A DNA stretch of 63,990 nt, counting the filler, from an uncultured bacterium (lineage in GTDB: Bacteria > CAYSBA01), in the NCBI GenBank assembly GCA_964429075.1. It is 16 parts of 16 records of this genome, joined end to end, with 100 filler letters (N's around TTAATTAATTAA, not from the genome) between each part and the next. Parts side by side here need not be neighbours in the genome. Positions count along the whole stretch, not along the records: positions 29,197 to 33,147 come from CAYSBA010000176.1; positions 33,248 to 37,185 come from CAYSBA010000177.1; positions 37,286 to 41,186 come from CAYSBA010000178.1; positions 41,287 to 45,164 come from CAYSBA010000179.1; 12 more parts are not named here. One strand, 5' to 3'. Shown here piece after piece: positions 31,305 to 42,184 of this stretch (positions within the stretch are counted from its first letter, which is position 1; each line of letters opens with the position of its first letter). The translations under genes were made by a program, and so were the position numbers. Under the pieces are notes generated by a model, which did no database searches, was not told where the DNA came from, and saw nothing but the letters and a program-made list of their open reading frames with translations.

Positions 31305-33147
31305 TTGAGTTTTCTTAATCCGAACCTGCTTTTCTTAATCCCTCTTGCAACCCTGCCGATAATAATCAACCTGATTACAAGGGCAAGGGCAAAGGAAATC
31401 GAATTCCCTGCTGTACATTTTTTGCTTAAAAGAGAAGATAGACTTTTAAGGAGAGTAAAACACAGTGATGTGCTGTTATTAATAATAAGGACACTGATTG
31501 TTTTATTTATAATCTTCGCTGCTGCAAGACCCTTTTTATCATCTCAATCTAAGTACTTAGAAAAAGATCATAATCCGGATTTTTATCCCAATGAAATTAT
31601 CCTCATCGATGATTCTGTAAGCACAAAAAAAAATAAAGTATTTAAAAAGATGCTCAAGGAGGCTAAAGAACTTTCAAATACTTTAAAAAACAGAGGCTCA
31701 ACAGTATGGATATCCACCCTATCCTACAGAGAACTACCGGAGATGTTTGTAAACTACAACCAAACAGGATGGCCCAAGGAGATTAAACCCAAAATACCAT
31801 CTACAGATTTAAACAGAACGATTCTGGATATTGCAACCAGATTCAGTGGCAGTGATAAAAATTCGTTCAGAATAAATGTATTTACTGATTCACCTCAATC
31901 TTTAAATCCTAATGTCATCAAAGGTATATTAGATCACAAAAACAAAGCTATCAAGATCTTTGACTATCAACCGAAAAGAAAAATTAACGATTATATAAAA
32001 GATGTCAAGATTCATAAAAGGTATATACAGGGCGTATGGATGATTCAGGTTGAAGCAGAACTATCTGGTAATATATCAACTCAACATATAATCTCACTTA
32101 AGACAGATAATAATCTTTCCCTTTCAAAGAGGTTACAGAATGGAGAAAGAGAGATAACCTTTACATTTAAACCACCTCAAACAGCCAGAAATATATTCGG
32201 AAGGATCACGCTTGATGACGGTACGTCACCTGGAGAAAGAAGATTTTTTGTATTTACTGGTGGTGGCACAAAAAAGGTCCTTGTTGTCAATGGACATCCT
32301 GCTCCAAATCCATTCCTGGACTCATCATACTATATAAAAGAGGCAGCCAAAAACCCTATTGAGATAAAAATTGTATCGACAGTGGATCTAAAAGAAATCG
32401 ATGTTTCAAAATTTGATGAAATAATACTGCTTGTACCACATTTATTTGACAATAACATCCTTGAGAATATCTGGGATGCTGTAAAAAATGGAACTATACT
32501 TACTATATCACCTGGTTTTTACAATTCGGCAGATGATATCAATAAAATACTTGAAAAAAGAGGAATAAATATAAATGTAAGAAGCATCAAAATACTTGGC
32601 AAAAAAGGACTTGCAGGAAGCGAGCTTGAATATGTTCAACCCGCCTATATTGACTGGAGTTTTAAGCCATTTCAATCGCTGGATAGAAAAGATGCTTCCG
32701 GGCTTTTTTTCATTAAGATAAGACGATACCTTTTATTCAATGTGGATAGTACAAAATTTCAGATGCCTCTAAGGACCCAGGATGGACAACCAATCCTTCT
32801 ATGGCGTACCTATGGTAAAGGTGGAATCCTCATCTTTGCTACAAGCCTTGATCTGTCATGGTCTGATTTACCTACAAAACCAGCCTTTATTCCAATTATC
32901 CAGGAAACACCATATCTTCTTGATAATGAAACCAAACAAAAATTTTCAAAAGGATGTATCATAAAAGATAACATTGATAAAAATAAAATCACTGCAATTT
33001 TTACATCTAATCGAAACAGCCCCTACCTGTACAGGGATCGCATTCTATCAGATGGCATCTATACGTACAAAAACAAAATCATAGTTTGTAATTACCCTCA
33101 AGAAGAATTTGAAATACAAGAAGATAAAGATATCAAAAACAACTTAA
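31305..33147 (+). CDS. BatA-domain / vWA-like membrane protein (3' truncated)
   Basis: N-terminal double TM (MSFLNP..LPIII..FPAVHFL..LLLIIR..ARP), DDSVS, WSDLP. Confidence 0.82.
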
Positions 33148-33247
33148 NNNNNNNNNNNNNNNNNNNNNNNNNNNNNNNNNNNNNNNNNNNNTTAATTAAT
33201 TAANNNNNNNNNNNNNNNNNNNNNNNNNNNNNNNNNNNNNNNNNNNN

Positions 33248-33991
33248 GTATATTCCTGGTTTCTGACAGATCTTATTTTTTATCGCATATTCAAGAAGGC
33301 CAATATAATCCATTTCACCCCGATTATTCAATTTTATTGCTCTCTTATAACAACCTCTTGCGTCCTTAACCTTCCCCTCTTTTATATATATATCTCCAAT
33401 AAGTGTTACCAAATACGAAAGTCTTTCTTTTAGAGTCCGATCTTCAAGTAGGTGTTCCATTTTTTTAGATATCTCTTCGGCCTTTTTTGCCTCTTTCAGA
33501 GTCGTATATATCTCCAGTATCAAAAAATAGGCATCAATAGTCCTTTTACCATCACCTCTTGATATCACCTCTTTCAATACGGAAAGTGCCCTATCGTAAA
33601 TACCTGCAGTTCTGTAATCCAGTGCAAGTTGAAATAGTGCCTCTGTTTTGAGAGGATGATTCTTTTTTAGCCTGATATCAAGATTTTTATGGATTGCAAT
33701 TGCTTTGTCGAGAAAACCCTTCCTTCTAAAGAGCTGACCAAGTGTAAAATAGGTCTCAATACTCGACGAATCCATCTTTGCTGCCTCTATTAGCTCCTGT
33801 ATTGCCCTCTCATCTTTATTGGACAGGACATAACTCAATGAGCGCATAAAGACCTCAATAAGCCTTTCTTTCAGGTCTCTGTCCCGTTTTCCTGGTATCC
33901 ACTTTACAATTAAATAGACGCCGACAACAATAAAAAGAACAAGAAGGATCCAGGCAATCATCCCGAGATGTTCGCCCAGAATATCATCCAT
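33248..33991 (-). CDS. lapB: LPS assembly protein B-like TPR protein (3' truncated)
   Basis: TM + TPRs (LGQLFRRKG..KAIAIH, LALDYRTAG). Downstream of a LapA-like gene. Confidence 0.75.
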
Positions 33992-34339
33992 TTAACTTTG
34001 CTCCTTTTTGGTTTTTTCTGATGAAACCTTCAGACCGTTTTCATCTTCAATTGGCTGTGTTCTAAAAAGATGCAGTTCCTTTTTAAGGGATTCTATCTTA
34101 GAATTGAATCTTTTGTGGATCACAAATCGATCTATTTTCTCTTTGATTATATAGGGAATACAAAACAGAATGCCAAGTCCAAATGAAAAGATGACAACAG
34201 ACCATAGGGGCATTGGCTCGGTTTCTCTGTCAAAAAAATGTATGACCACAGGAGTAGCATTATCAAGAGCAAATTTCACAAGCAACACTGCAATTACAGC
34301 ACCGAGAATCAGATAAAACCACCTTGTAAATGAAGCCAT
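33992..34339 (-). CDS. lapA: LapA-family membrane protein
   Basis: FALDNATPV..PLWSVVIFSFGLG followed by a coiled coil. Confidence 0.72.
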   Translation of the reverse strand: MASFTRWFYLILGAVIAVLLVKFALDNATPVVIHFFDRETEPMPLWSVVIFSFGLGILFCIPYIIKEKIDRFVIHKRFNSKIESLKKELHLFRTQPIEDENGLKVSSEKTKKEQS

Positions 34340-34346
34340 CTTGTCC

Positions 34347-35270
34347 TCAGAGGAAATATGGTTTATAGGCATCTATAATATTAGATAGCCCGATGAGTAT
34401 CTTTGATTTTAGATTCGTACCAAATAGTGCTTCGATGATGTTCCTTGGCTCTTTGATGTATCTGATCAGTACAGGATTAGGACCAAGCCCTGTCTTGGCA
34501 CCAAGGAATTTTATTGCATCTATTTCGGTACCGATCTCATCAACAAGTCCTATCTCTTTTGCCTGTTTGCCAGTAAACACCCTCCCATCTTTGATCATCT
34601 TTATCTTATCTTCAGTCAGCTTACGCCTTGTTATGACTGCATTAAGAAAGGAATCAAAGACCCTCTTTACAAGGCTATCAAGATATTCCTTTTCATCAGT
34701 TGAAAGACTCTTAAAAGGAGATCCGGTATCTTTGAACTTACCACTCTTTATTGTGGAATATTTAAATTTCAGTGCATCCATTATCCCAGATAGATCGGGT
34801 ACATTCATTACCACACCAACACTTCCTGTAATGGTAGTCTCTGATGCATAGATCTTATCGGCACCAAGAGCAATAAAATAACCACCACTTGTTGCAACCG
34901 AACCGAGCGAAGCTACAACAGGCTTTTTCTTGGAAAGCTCAGAAAGAGCCCTGTAAATCTCTTCTGCAGCACCTGCCACACCACCAGGAGAATCTATCCT
35001 GACAAGGACAGCCTTTACATTAGAGGCCTGTTCAAAACGTTTTATAGCTGCGAGCTGGTCTTTTGAGTCGCTGATAATACCCCTTATCTCAATAACACCT
35101 ACCCCCTGACTCGTACTACTCAGATTGCTTGAAGGTGAGACAACAATACCTGTTGCACCAACAATCATAAATGTAAGGGCGAATAAAAATATAAATACAA
35201 ATGGGGCCAGAAGGAGACCTGCAAGGAAACCAATTATTGCAACAAAAAATGACTTTGAATTATTCTTCAC
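34347..35270 (-). CDS. sppA: Signal peptide peptidase SppA (36K type)
   Basis: RIDSPGG, ATSGGY, TGSVGV, KSGKFKD, DGRVFTG. Confidence 0.92.
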   Translation of the reverse strand: MKNNSKSFFVAIIGFLAGLLLAPFVFIFLFALTFMIVGATGIVVSPSSNLSSTSQGVGVIEIRGIISDSKDQLAAIKRFEQASNVKAVLVRIDSPGGVAGAAEEIYRALSELSKKKPVVASLGSVATSGGYFIALGADKIYASETTITGSVGVVMNVPDLSGIMDALKFKYSTIKSGKFKDTGSPFKSLSTDEKEYLDSLVKRVFDSFLNAVITRRKLTEDKIKMIKDGRVFTGKQAKEIGLVDEIGTEIDAIKFLGAKTGLGPNPVLIRYIKEPRNIIEALFGTNLKSKILIGLSNIIDAYKPYFL

Positions 35271-36984
35271 CTCTCTCCTTCTTCAGCTTCTTTTCAATAG
35301 CCTCCTCAAAGGGACTCTTCGGAGCAACAGTACTCTTTTGCTTTTTAAGATACTCCTCCATGTTTTCTTTTTCTTTCTGCTCTGTAAGCGCATTGAGACT
35401 CAGTTTTACCTTCCTTCCCATCCGATCGTGCCCGACTACAAGTGCCTCAATCTCATCACCCTCCTTGAAATCCACCTTTACATTCTCTTTTTTACGAATC
35501 TTGAGTATGTCAGAACGATGGATCAGACCTTCGATACCCTCCTCAAGTTCTACAAAGACACCAAAGCCTGTTACACTGCTAACCCTACCCTTAACCACAA
35601 AGCCGAGTGGATATTTCTTCTCCACGTCCTCCCATGGATCTCTTGTAAGTTGTTTGATCCCAAGAGAAAATCTCGATTCATCAGGATTAATATTGAGTAC
35701 CATCACCTCAATCTCATCACCCTTTTTGTACAGCTCATGAAGGTTTTTCGGTGGTTTGCCCCAGCTTATATCTGAGATATGAACAAGACCCACTACACCT
35801 TCATCCACCTCTACAAAGATACCAAAATCGGTAATATTTTGAATCTTTCCCTTGATCTTTGTGCCCGGTGGATATTTTTCCTGTAATTTTTCCCAGGGAG
35901 ATGGTTCGGCCTGTTTTAATCCAAGGGAGATCCTCTTTTCCTGTTCATCAATACTCAGCACAACTGCCTCTACAATATCTCCCACCGCAAGGAGTTCTGA
36001 AGGGTGCTGTACCTTCTTAAACCATGACATCTCGGAGATATGAATCAATCCCTCGATTCCCTCTTCAAGCTCCACAAAGGCCCCATAGTTTGTAAGGCTT
36101 ATCACCTTACACTCAACCTTACTTCCAATTGGATATTTTTCGTGAACCTTACTCCATGGATCTTCAAAACGCTGCTTGTATCCAAGAGATACCCTCTCTG
36201 TCTCCTCATCAAAATGAAGTACCCTTACGGCAATCTCATCACCAATGTTAAACATCTCCTGTGGATGATTAATGCGTCCCCATGAAATATCAGTAATATG
36301 CAAAAGACCGTCAATACCCCCAAGATCGATAAATACACCATAATCTGTGATATTCTTGATAACACCTTTTATATCTGCACCAACCTTTATTTTCTTCAGT
36401 GTTTCTCTCTTTAGTTTGTCTCTCTGTTCTTCTAAGATAGCCCGCCTTGATACCACAATATTGTTGCGTTTTCTGTTGAACTTAATGATCTTAAATTCCA
36501 TGGTCTTACCGATGAGTGAATCAGGGTCTTTTATAGGATGCAGGTCGATCTGTGAACCGGGCAAAAAGGCTTTTATTCCGATATCTACAGTCAATCCACC
36601 CTTGATTCTTTCTATGATTGTACCCTCCACAATGTCGCCATTTTCACAGATCCTGCTTATCTCATCCCATATTTTCATACGGTCTGCTTCACGTTTTGCA
36701 AGTGTTATTACACCATCATCATTCTCATAGGTCTTCATCAACACATCCACTCTATCACCCACCTGTACATCTATTGTACCGTCATGACGCATAAACTCTT
36801 CGATAGGAATCTTCCCCTGAGTCTTGTAGCCCACATCAACAAGAACATGTGTATCTGTTACGTCCACAACGGTTCCCTCAACAATCTGATCTATCTGTGG
36901 GACCTTTACCTCTGCATCAACTGCCTTTACAAACTCTTCAAACTCCTTGTTCTCATTAAGAAGCTCGGCGGAACTCTTTTCCAT
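35260..36984 (-). CDS. rpsA: 30S ribosomal protein S1
   Basis: Six S1 repeats, AFLPGSQ, DGLLHITDISW. Confidence 0.97.
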   Translation of the reverse strand: MEKSSAELLNENKEFEEFVKAVDAEVKVPQIDQIVEGTVVDVTDTHVLVDVGYKTQGKIPIEEFMRHDGTIDVQVGDRVDVLMKTYENDDGVITLAKREADRMKIWDEISRICENGDIVEGTIIERIKGGLTVDIGIKAFLPGSQIDLHPIKDPDSLIGKTMEFKIIKFNRKRNNIVVSRRAILEEQRDKLKRETLKKIKVGADIKGVIKNITDYGVFIDLGGIDGLLHITDISWGRINHPQEMFNIGDEIAVRVLHFDEETERVSLGYKQRFEDPWSKVHEKYPIGSKVECKVISLTNYGAFVELEEGIEGLIHISEMSWFKKVQHPSELLAVGDIVEAVVLSIDEQEKRISLGLKQAEPSPWEKLQEKYPPGTKIKGKIQNITDFGIFVEVDEGVVGLVHISDISWGKPPKNLHELYKKGDEIEVMVLNINPDESRFSLGIKQLTRDPWEDVEKKYPLGFVVKGRVSSVTGFGVFVELEEGIEGLIHRSDILKIRKKENVKVDFKEGDEIEALVVGHDRMGRKVKLSLNALTEQKEKENMEEYLKKQKSTVAPKSPFEEAIEKKLKKERGEE

Positions 36985-37044
36985 AATCTACAACCTCCAA
37001 AAGTTCATTTATAAAGATTAACTATACTATTTTTCAAATCTTAC

Positions 37045-37118
37045 TGGCGGTGGAGGGATTCGAACCCCCGACACTGCGGATATGAGCCGCATGCTCTAAC
37101 CAACTGAGCTACACCGCC
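37045..37118 (-). tRNA. tRNA-Met(CAT), elongator type; CCA not encoded
   Basis: GGCGGTGTAGCTCAG...GCGG-CTCATAT-CCGC...GTTCGAATCC..CACCGCCA, with G1-C72 paired. tRNA-Ile2 is not fully excluded. Confidence 0.9.
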
Positions 37119-37285
37119 TCATATGGCAAGCATTCAATATATTATTAATTCAAACATGTCAACTGTATTTGGATCAGGTCTGATANNNNNNNNNNNNNNN
37201 NNNNNNNNNNNNNNNNNNNNNNNNNNNNNTTAATTAATTAANNNNNNNNNNNNNNNNNNNNNNNNNNNNNNNNNNNNNNNNNNNN

Positions 37286-37764
37286 CCAGAAAGCCCCCCG
37301 TGCCAGACCATAAGCCCGAGATAACCACCTGCTGCCATCAATGGGTAATGTACCTTTTTGCCCCTTGTCAACATGAATCTGGACATCTCTCTTGCCAAAA
37401 AGGCACCTGCAATAAGTGACAGTCCCCAGTTTATCAATCCAAGCAACATTGAAAAGGCAGCGCATATGATAACTGCCTGGATTTCGGTCTTAGGCATTGC
37501 TGAAATCTTTATAAAAACCTCTTTTGCACTATCGGATGATGCAATCAGGTATCCAGTTACAAGGATAAATATCATCTGGTAAGTAAATGCCATTATAGAG
37601 AAAAAGCCCTCATACAAAAGCTGAGTAATCTTAAATACATCTGTGTCTGTAAGAAAAATGGCTGAAATTATGGTCACAAATAAAAGCAGAATTGCCAGCA
37701 CAAAGGGATCTGGCATGATCCTTTTTGCAATAGTATTTAGCCACTTACCGAGTGTTGAGACCAT
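37286..37764 (-). CDS. Short-chain fatty acid transporter, AtoE family (3' truncated)
   Basis: PDPFVLAI, QMIFILVTG, HYPLMAAGGY, WHGGLS. Confidence 0.88.
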
Positions 37765-38211
37765 CTATTTCCCCCCTTTTTTCTTACTAATCCTCTTTTC
37801 TGGTCCAAGTGGGTCTGTAACAATACCCATCTTTTCAATTCCTGCATTTTTGATAATGGCCATTACTTTTACAACAAAACCATATTCAAGTGAACGATCT
37901 GCATGTAGATATATCTCTTTATCCTTTTTGAGTTTAGCATTGGTCTTTAGTTTTGTTTCTAAATCCTTGATAGGGATCCTTCTGTCTCCAAGATAGATCG
38001 AACGATCGGCCTTTATTGTTAAAACAAGTTTATCCTCTTTAGAATCTATTGGTTTTGCCTTGGCCTTTGGTAAATCAACATCCACACCCATCTTTAACAT
38101 AGGTGCAGTTACCATAAATATTACCAGTAAAACAAGCATGACATCTACAAGGGGGGTTACATTTATCTCCGAAAGTGTACCTCTTGTTCCTTTTGATGAA
38201 AATCCAGCCAT
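37765..38211 (-). CDS. tolR: TolR/ExbD protein
   Basis: SEINVTPLVDVMLVLLVIFMVTAP. Confidence 0.88.
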   Translation of the reverse strand: MAGFSSKGTRGTLSEINVTPLVDVMLVLLVIFMVTAPMLKMGVDVDLPKAKAKPIDSKEDKLVLTIKADRSIYLGDRRIPIKDLETKLKTNAKLKKDKEIYLHADRSLEYGFVVKVMAIIKNAGIEKMGIVTDPLGPEKRISKKKGGK

Positions 38212-38212
38212 A

Positions 38213-38899
38213 TTAGATGTTCATCTTTTCAAGGATATTTAAAAAGTCACTACAAAAGTTGTTAAGTTCAACCTCTATTACCTTGATTCGAGCAACAAAA
38301 TGATTGAAAGCTATAACGGCAGGTATTGCCGCTGCAAGTCCAACAGCAGTAGCAATAAGTGCCTCTGAAATACCCGGAGCAACCACAGCAAGACTGGCTG
38401 AACCAGATTTGCCTATTTCATGAAAGGAATTAATTATTCCAAGTACTGTACCAAAGAGTCCAATAAATGGGGTTGCACTTGCTGTTGTTCCTAAAAAAGA
38501 TACATACTTTTCCATCTTTGCCAGCTGGCTCGACATGGCCCTTGAGAGTACTCTTTCAATAATATCTTTTTTATTCAAGACAGCCTTAAGTGATCCTTGA
38601 TTTTCTATCTCATTATCTCTGCGCTGCAATCTAACAAGCTCCATATATGCTGCCTTAAAGACCTGGGCCTGTGGACTGATCTGATCATCCTCTGCCAACT
38701 TATAGATCGCATCGAGCCTTGAAGAACGCCAGAATTTTTCTATAAATTCTGAAGAGGCAGTATCTACTGCCTTCAGCTGGATTAATTTGTAGATGATGAT
38801 TGCCCACGAGGCTACAGAAAATCCAATAAGTATCAGAAGGACCATAAATACAATAGGTCCTGAATGAAATATTATACTTAGATAATTCATTTGAATCAT
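38213..38899 (-). CDS. tolQ: TolQ/ExbB protein
   Basis: PFIGLFGTV, VAPGISEALIATA. Confidence 0.9.
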   Translation of the reverse strand: MIQMNYLSIIFHSGPIVFMVLLILIGFSVASWAIIIYKLIQLKAVDTASSEFIEKFWRSSRLDAIYKLAEDDQISPQAQVFKAAYMELVRLQRRDNEIENQGSLKAVLNKKDIIERVLSRAMSSQLAKMEKYVSFLGTTASATPFIGLFGTVLGIINSFHEIGKSGSASLAVVAPGISEALIATAVGLAAAIPAVIAFNHFVARIKVIEVELNNFCSDFLNILEKMNI

Positions 38900-38976
38900 C
38901 CCTACCAGAGTAGACCTTTTATGTCAATTTAAATGACCATGCAAATGGCTTAAGTGTTATATAAAAGCGCAGGGTA

Positions 38977-39005
38977 TTGACAAGGTAAATCCTTTTTTGT
39001 ATAAA
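38977..39005 (+). promoter_or_regulatory. Sigma70 promoter of the tRNA-fMet gene
   Basis: TTGACA-17 nt-TATAAA, 6 nt before the tRNA. Confidence 0.7.
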
Positions 39006-39011
39006 ACAGGC

Positions 39012-39088
<77 letters not shown>

Positions 39089-39114
39089 TTTTTTTATTTT
39101 ATGGGGTAACAACA

Positions 39115-39465
39115 ATGCAGATGACAGATACAAAACAACTTTTAAAAGAGATTGACGAGTCTAATTTTAAAGATGCCATAGCCCGTCAGGATAGAGTAGT
39201 CGTCATTGATTTCTGGGCAACCTGGTGTTCTCCCTGCAAAGCGCTGACTCCTGTTCTTGAAAGGCTTGCTCAGGAGTTTGAAGAAAAGGCAGATTTTTAT
39301 AAACTAAATATTGATGAGAACCCATCAATCCCGACTGACTACGGTATTAGAAGTATCCCAACACTTCTCTTCTTTAGAGAAGGTAAGGTACTCGATCAGA
39401 TAACCGGCAATCTCCCAATAGATTATATTCGCAACACCCTTAACAGGCTTATCGACGGTAGATAA
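39115..39465 (+). CDS. trxA: Thioredoxin
   Basis: DFWATWCSPCK, IRSIPTL. Confidence 0.9.
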   Translation: MQMTDTKQLLKEIDESNFKDAIARQDRVVVIDFWATWCSPCKALTPVLERLAQEFEEKADFYKLNIDENPSIPTDYGIRSIPTLLFFREGKVLDQITGNLPIDYIRNTLNRLIDGR

Positions 39466-40570
39466 GTCTGTTGTAATCTGCATTCAGTACCAATCCAAGC
39501 CCAATAAAATGGGTCATCGTTGTCGTGCCCCCATAGCTTATAAAGGGCAATGGGATTCCAACAACCGGTACAAGCCCTATGGTCATTGATATGTTGACCA
39601 TAAAATGGATAAAAAACATAAACAGGATCCCAATACACAGCATAAAACCAAAAATATCCTCCTGCAAAAGTGCTACCTGAATTATAGAACCCATCAATAT
39701 AACAAACAATCCAATGAGGACCACACATCCCACAAATCCCCATTCTTCAGCAAAAACACTAAAGGCAAAATCGGTGTACTGTTCTGGCAGAAATCTCAGC
39801 TGGGTCTGTGTACCCTGCATAAAGCCATTACCAAATAATCTTCCAGATCCCACTGCTATCTTTGACTGTCGAGCATGATATCCTGCCCCCAGGATATCAT
39901 TTGATGACTTCAAGAAGGTCTCGATTCTCTTTCGTTGATAGCCTTTAAGGCCCCATTTATATATACCTAATCCTGCAATAAGAGTGATTATAAAAATAAA
40001 TATAAGTGTCTTCTTTTTTATTCCGTGTATAAGCAGCATTCCCATACCTATCATTGCAACCACAGATGCTGTTCCCAGATCGGGTTCAATCAGTATCAAA
40101 ATAAATGGAATAATGATTGTAATACCTGGAACAATCAATCTTTTAAGATCAAAACCTCCAGGTATCTTTTTTCTGGAAATTATCCATGAAAGCATCATGA
40201 CCAGTGATAGTTTTGCAAGTTCAGATGGCTGAAATCTGAAGAACAAAAGTGATAACCATCTTCTTGAACCGGATATATACACACCTTTAACAAAGACAAC
40301 GATAAGAAGTATTATTGATATAACATAAACAATCGGCGATATCTTCTTTATTATTCTACCGGATAACAAACCCAGAAAAAACATTGAAAACATACCAAGT
40401 ATAACCCAGGCTACCTGTTTGAAAAAAACGCCAACTCCAATTGTGATTGCAACACTCGAATAAAGATTTACAAGCCCGATAACATTTATAAAAAAGGCAA
40501 CAGCTATTATCTGCCATCCAAGGGTACTAATTAAACCAAGGCCTTTCCCTATAAAACTGTTCTCATTCAC
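39449..40570 (-). CDS. rodA: Rod shape-determining protein RodA (SEDS)
   Basis: FQPSELAK, EPDLGT, LPEQYTDF, PFISYGG. Confidence 0.9.
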   Translation of the reverse strand: MNENSFIGKGLGLISTLGWQIIAVAFFINVIGLVNLYSSVAITIGVGVFFKQVAWVILGMFSMFFLGLLSGRIIKKISPIVYVISIILLIVVFVKGVYISGSRRWLSLLFFRFQPSELAKLSLVMMLSWIISRKKIPGGFDLKRLIVPGITIIIPFILILIEPDLGTASVVAMIGMGMLLIHGIKKKTLIFIFIITLIAGLGIYKWGLKGYQRKRIETFLKSSNDILGAGYHARQSKIAVGSGRLFGNGFMQGTQTQLRFLPEQYTDFAFSVFAEEWGFVGCVVLIGLFVILMGSIIQVALLQEDIFGFMLCIGILFMFFIHFMVNISMTIGLVPVVGIPLPFISYGGTTTMTHFIGLGLVLNADYNRLIYRR

Positions 40571-40914
40571 CCCATCTGTTCAAACCCTTAAAATAGAATC
40601 ATTTGATATGATTAATAACAAAAAGATTACAACTGTAAAAAATAGTATCATCCTATTGTAGCCATAAAGACATATTTTTTTATCACTATCTGGAAGAATT
40701 TTAAAGTGTTTTGAATGTTTTTGAGTGTAAGTATTTTTTCATAGATCAGTTAACGGTCATTAATATAGAAAAGATACATTAGCAAGATATTCTACTTAGC
40801 GAATAGGATTTTTAATAAGGCAAAATTATCGTGTATTGGGTACGGAGATGAAAAACGGACATAGAATCAAAGAGACGGGGTAAAGTAGAGGCAGAATCCA
40901 TAGGATAGGTATTG

Positions 40915-41186
40915 ACTCCTTTTAGGGATATGCACAAGCTCTTTGTTCAGTTTTGAGAAGATATTTTTGTTTAGATATTCTATCTTTCTTGCTGATTTTT
41001 TCCAAACTCCTGTTCAATGCCGATCTTTGTTGTTATCTTGTGGTTTAACCCCATTGCCTGTAGAAGATATATCAAATGCTCAATAAACATCATACCGCAG
41101 GAAAAGTACATCTTGTCTAAATAGGAGATAAATCTTATCCTTGTCTTAAAATCCTGCTGTCCACTTATATCTTGGTACTTTTATCC
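40915..41186 (-). pseudogene. Degraded transposase fragment (IS481-like integrase core)
   Basis: Three frameshifted segments read VPRYKWTA / DFKTRIRFISY..QEFG / KSARKIEYLNKNIF..LVHIPK, resembling the DDE core of IS481-like transposases. Confidence 0.5.
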
Positions 41187-41286
41187 NNNNNNNNNNNNNN
41201 NNNNNNNNNNNNNNNNNNNNNNNNNNNNNNTTAATTAATTAANNNNNNNNNNNNNNNNNNNNNNNNNNNNNNNNNNNNNNNNNNNN

Positions 41287-42172
41287 ATGCATTCTCACCG
41301 TATCTCATAACCACAATCCCGCCTACAACCTCACCCTCACCATTGAGCTCTGCAAGCCCTCTTCTGAGTTCTGGACCCTTGTGAATGTATGCAACATCCT
41401 TAAGCAGAACCGGTGTCCCCTTGTTATTAACACCTACAACCACATTTTCAAGATCCTTAACACCCTTTATGTATCCAAGACCCCTTATCATAAATTCTGT
41501 CTCGGACAATTCGAGCAGACGACCACCAACATCATTATTACTCTCTTTTATAGCCCTCTTTATCTTATCGATAGTAATCTCATAGGCAAGTAGTTTGTTT
41601 GGATCCACCTCTATTTGATACTGTTTTACATATCCACCAATTGAAGCCACCTCCGAAACACCAGGCAGACTCATCAATTCATACCGAAGATACCAGTCCT
41701 GAATAGTTCTTAACTGTGCAAGATCATGATTCTTTGATTTTAAGACATACTCATAGACCCAGCCCACTCCTGTTGCATCTGGCCCAAGTCTTGGTACGAC
41801 CCCAGGTGGCAATCTATTTGAGACATAATTCAGATACTCAAGAACCCTGCTCCTTGCCCAGTATATATCTGTGCCATCCTCAAATATTATGTAGACAAAA
41901 GAGACTCCGAAGAATGAGTATCCCCTCACAACCTTGGCATAGGGTACAGCAAGCATTGCAGTTGTAAGTGGGTAGGTTACCTGATCCTCTACAACCTGAG
42001 GCGCCTGACCGGGGTACTCTGTAAAGATAATGACCTGAACATCACTCAGGTCAGGAATTGCATCAACAGGGGTCTTAATAAGGGCATAGTATCCACCAAG
42101 TGAAACTATGGCAAAGAGTATCAATACCATTAACCTGTTTCGTACTGATGCATCTATAAGTTTTTCTAACAT
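41287..42172 (-). CDS. cusA: Heavy-metal RND efflux pump, CusA/CzcA family (3' truncated)
   Basis: DAIPDLSDVQVI, VEDQVTYPL, GPDATGVGWVYEY. Confidence 0.93.
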
Positions 42173-42184
42173 AACCTTTTCTCC

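Noticed and set aside
34393-37014. Long plus-strand ORFs (152-216 aa) over sppA and rpsA
   Set aside because: Antisense to well-conserved genes, with no recognisable motifs.
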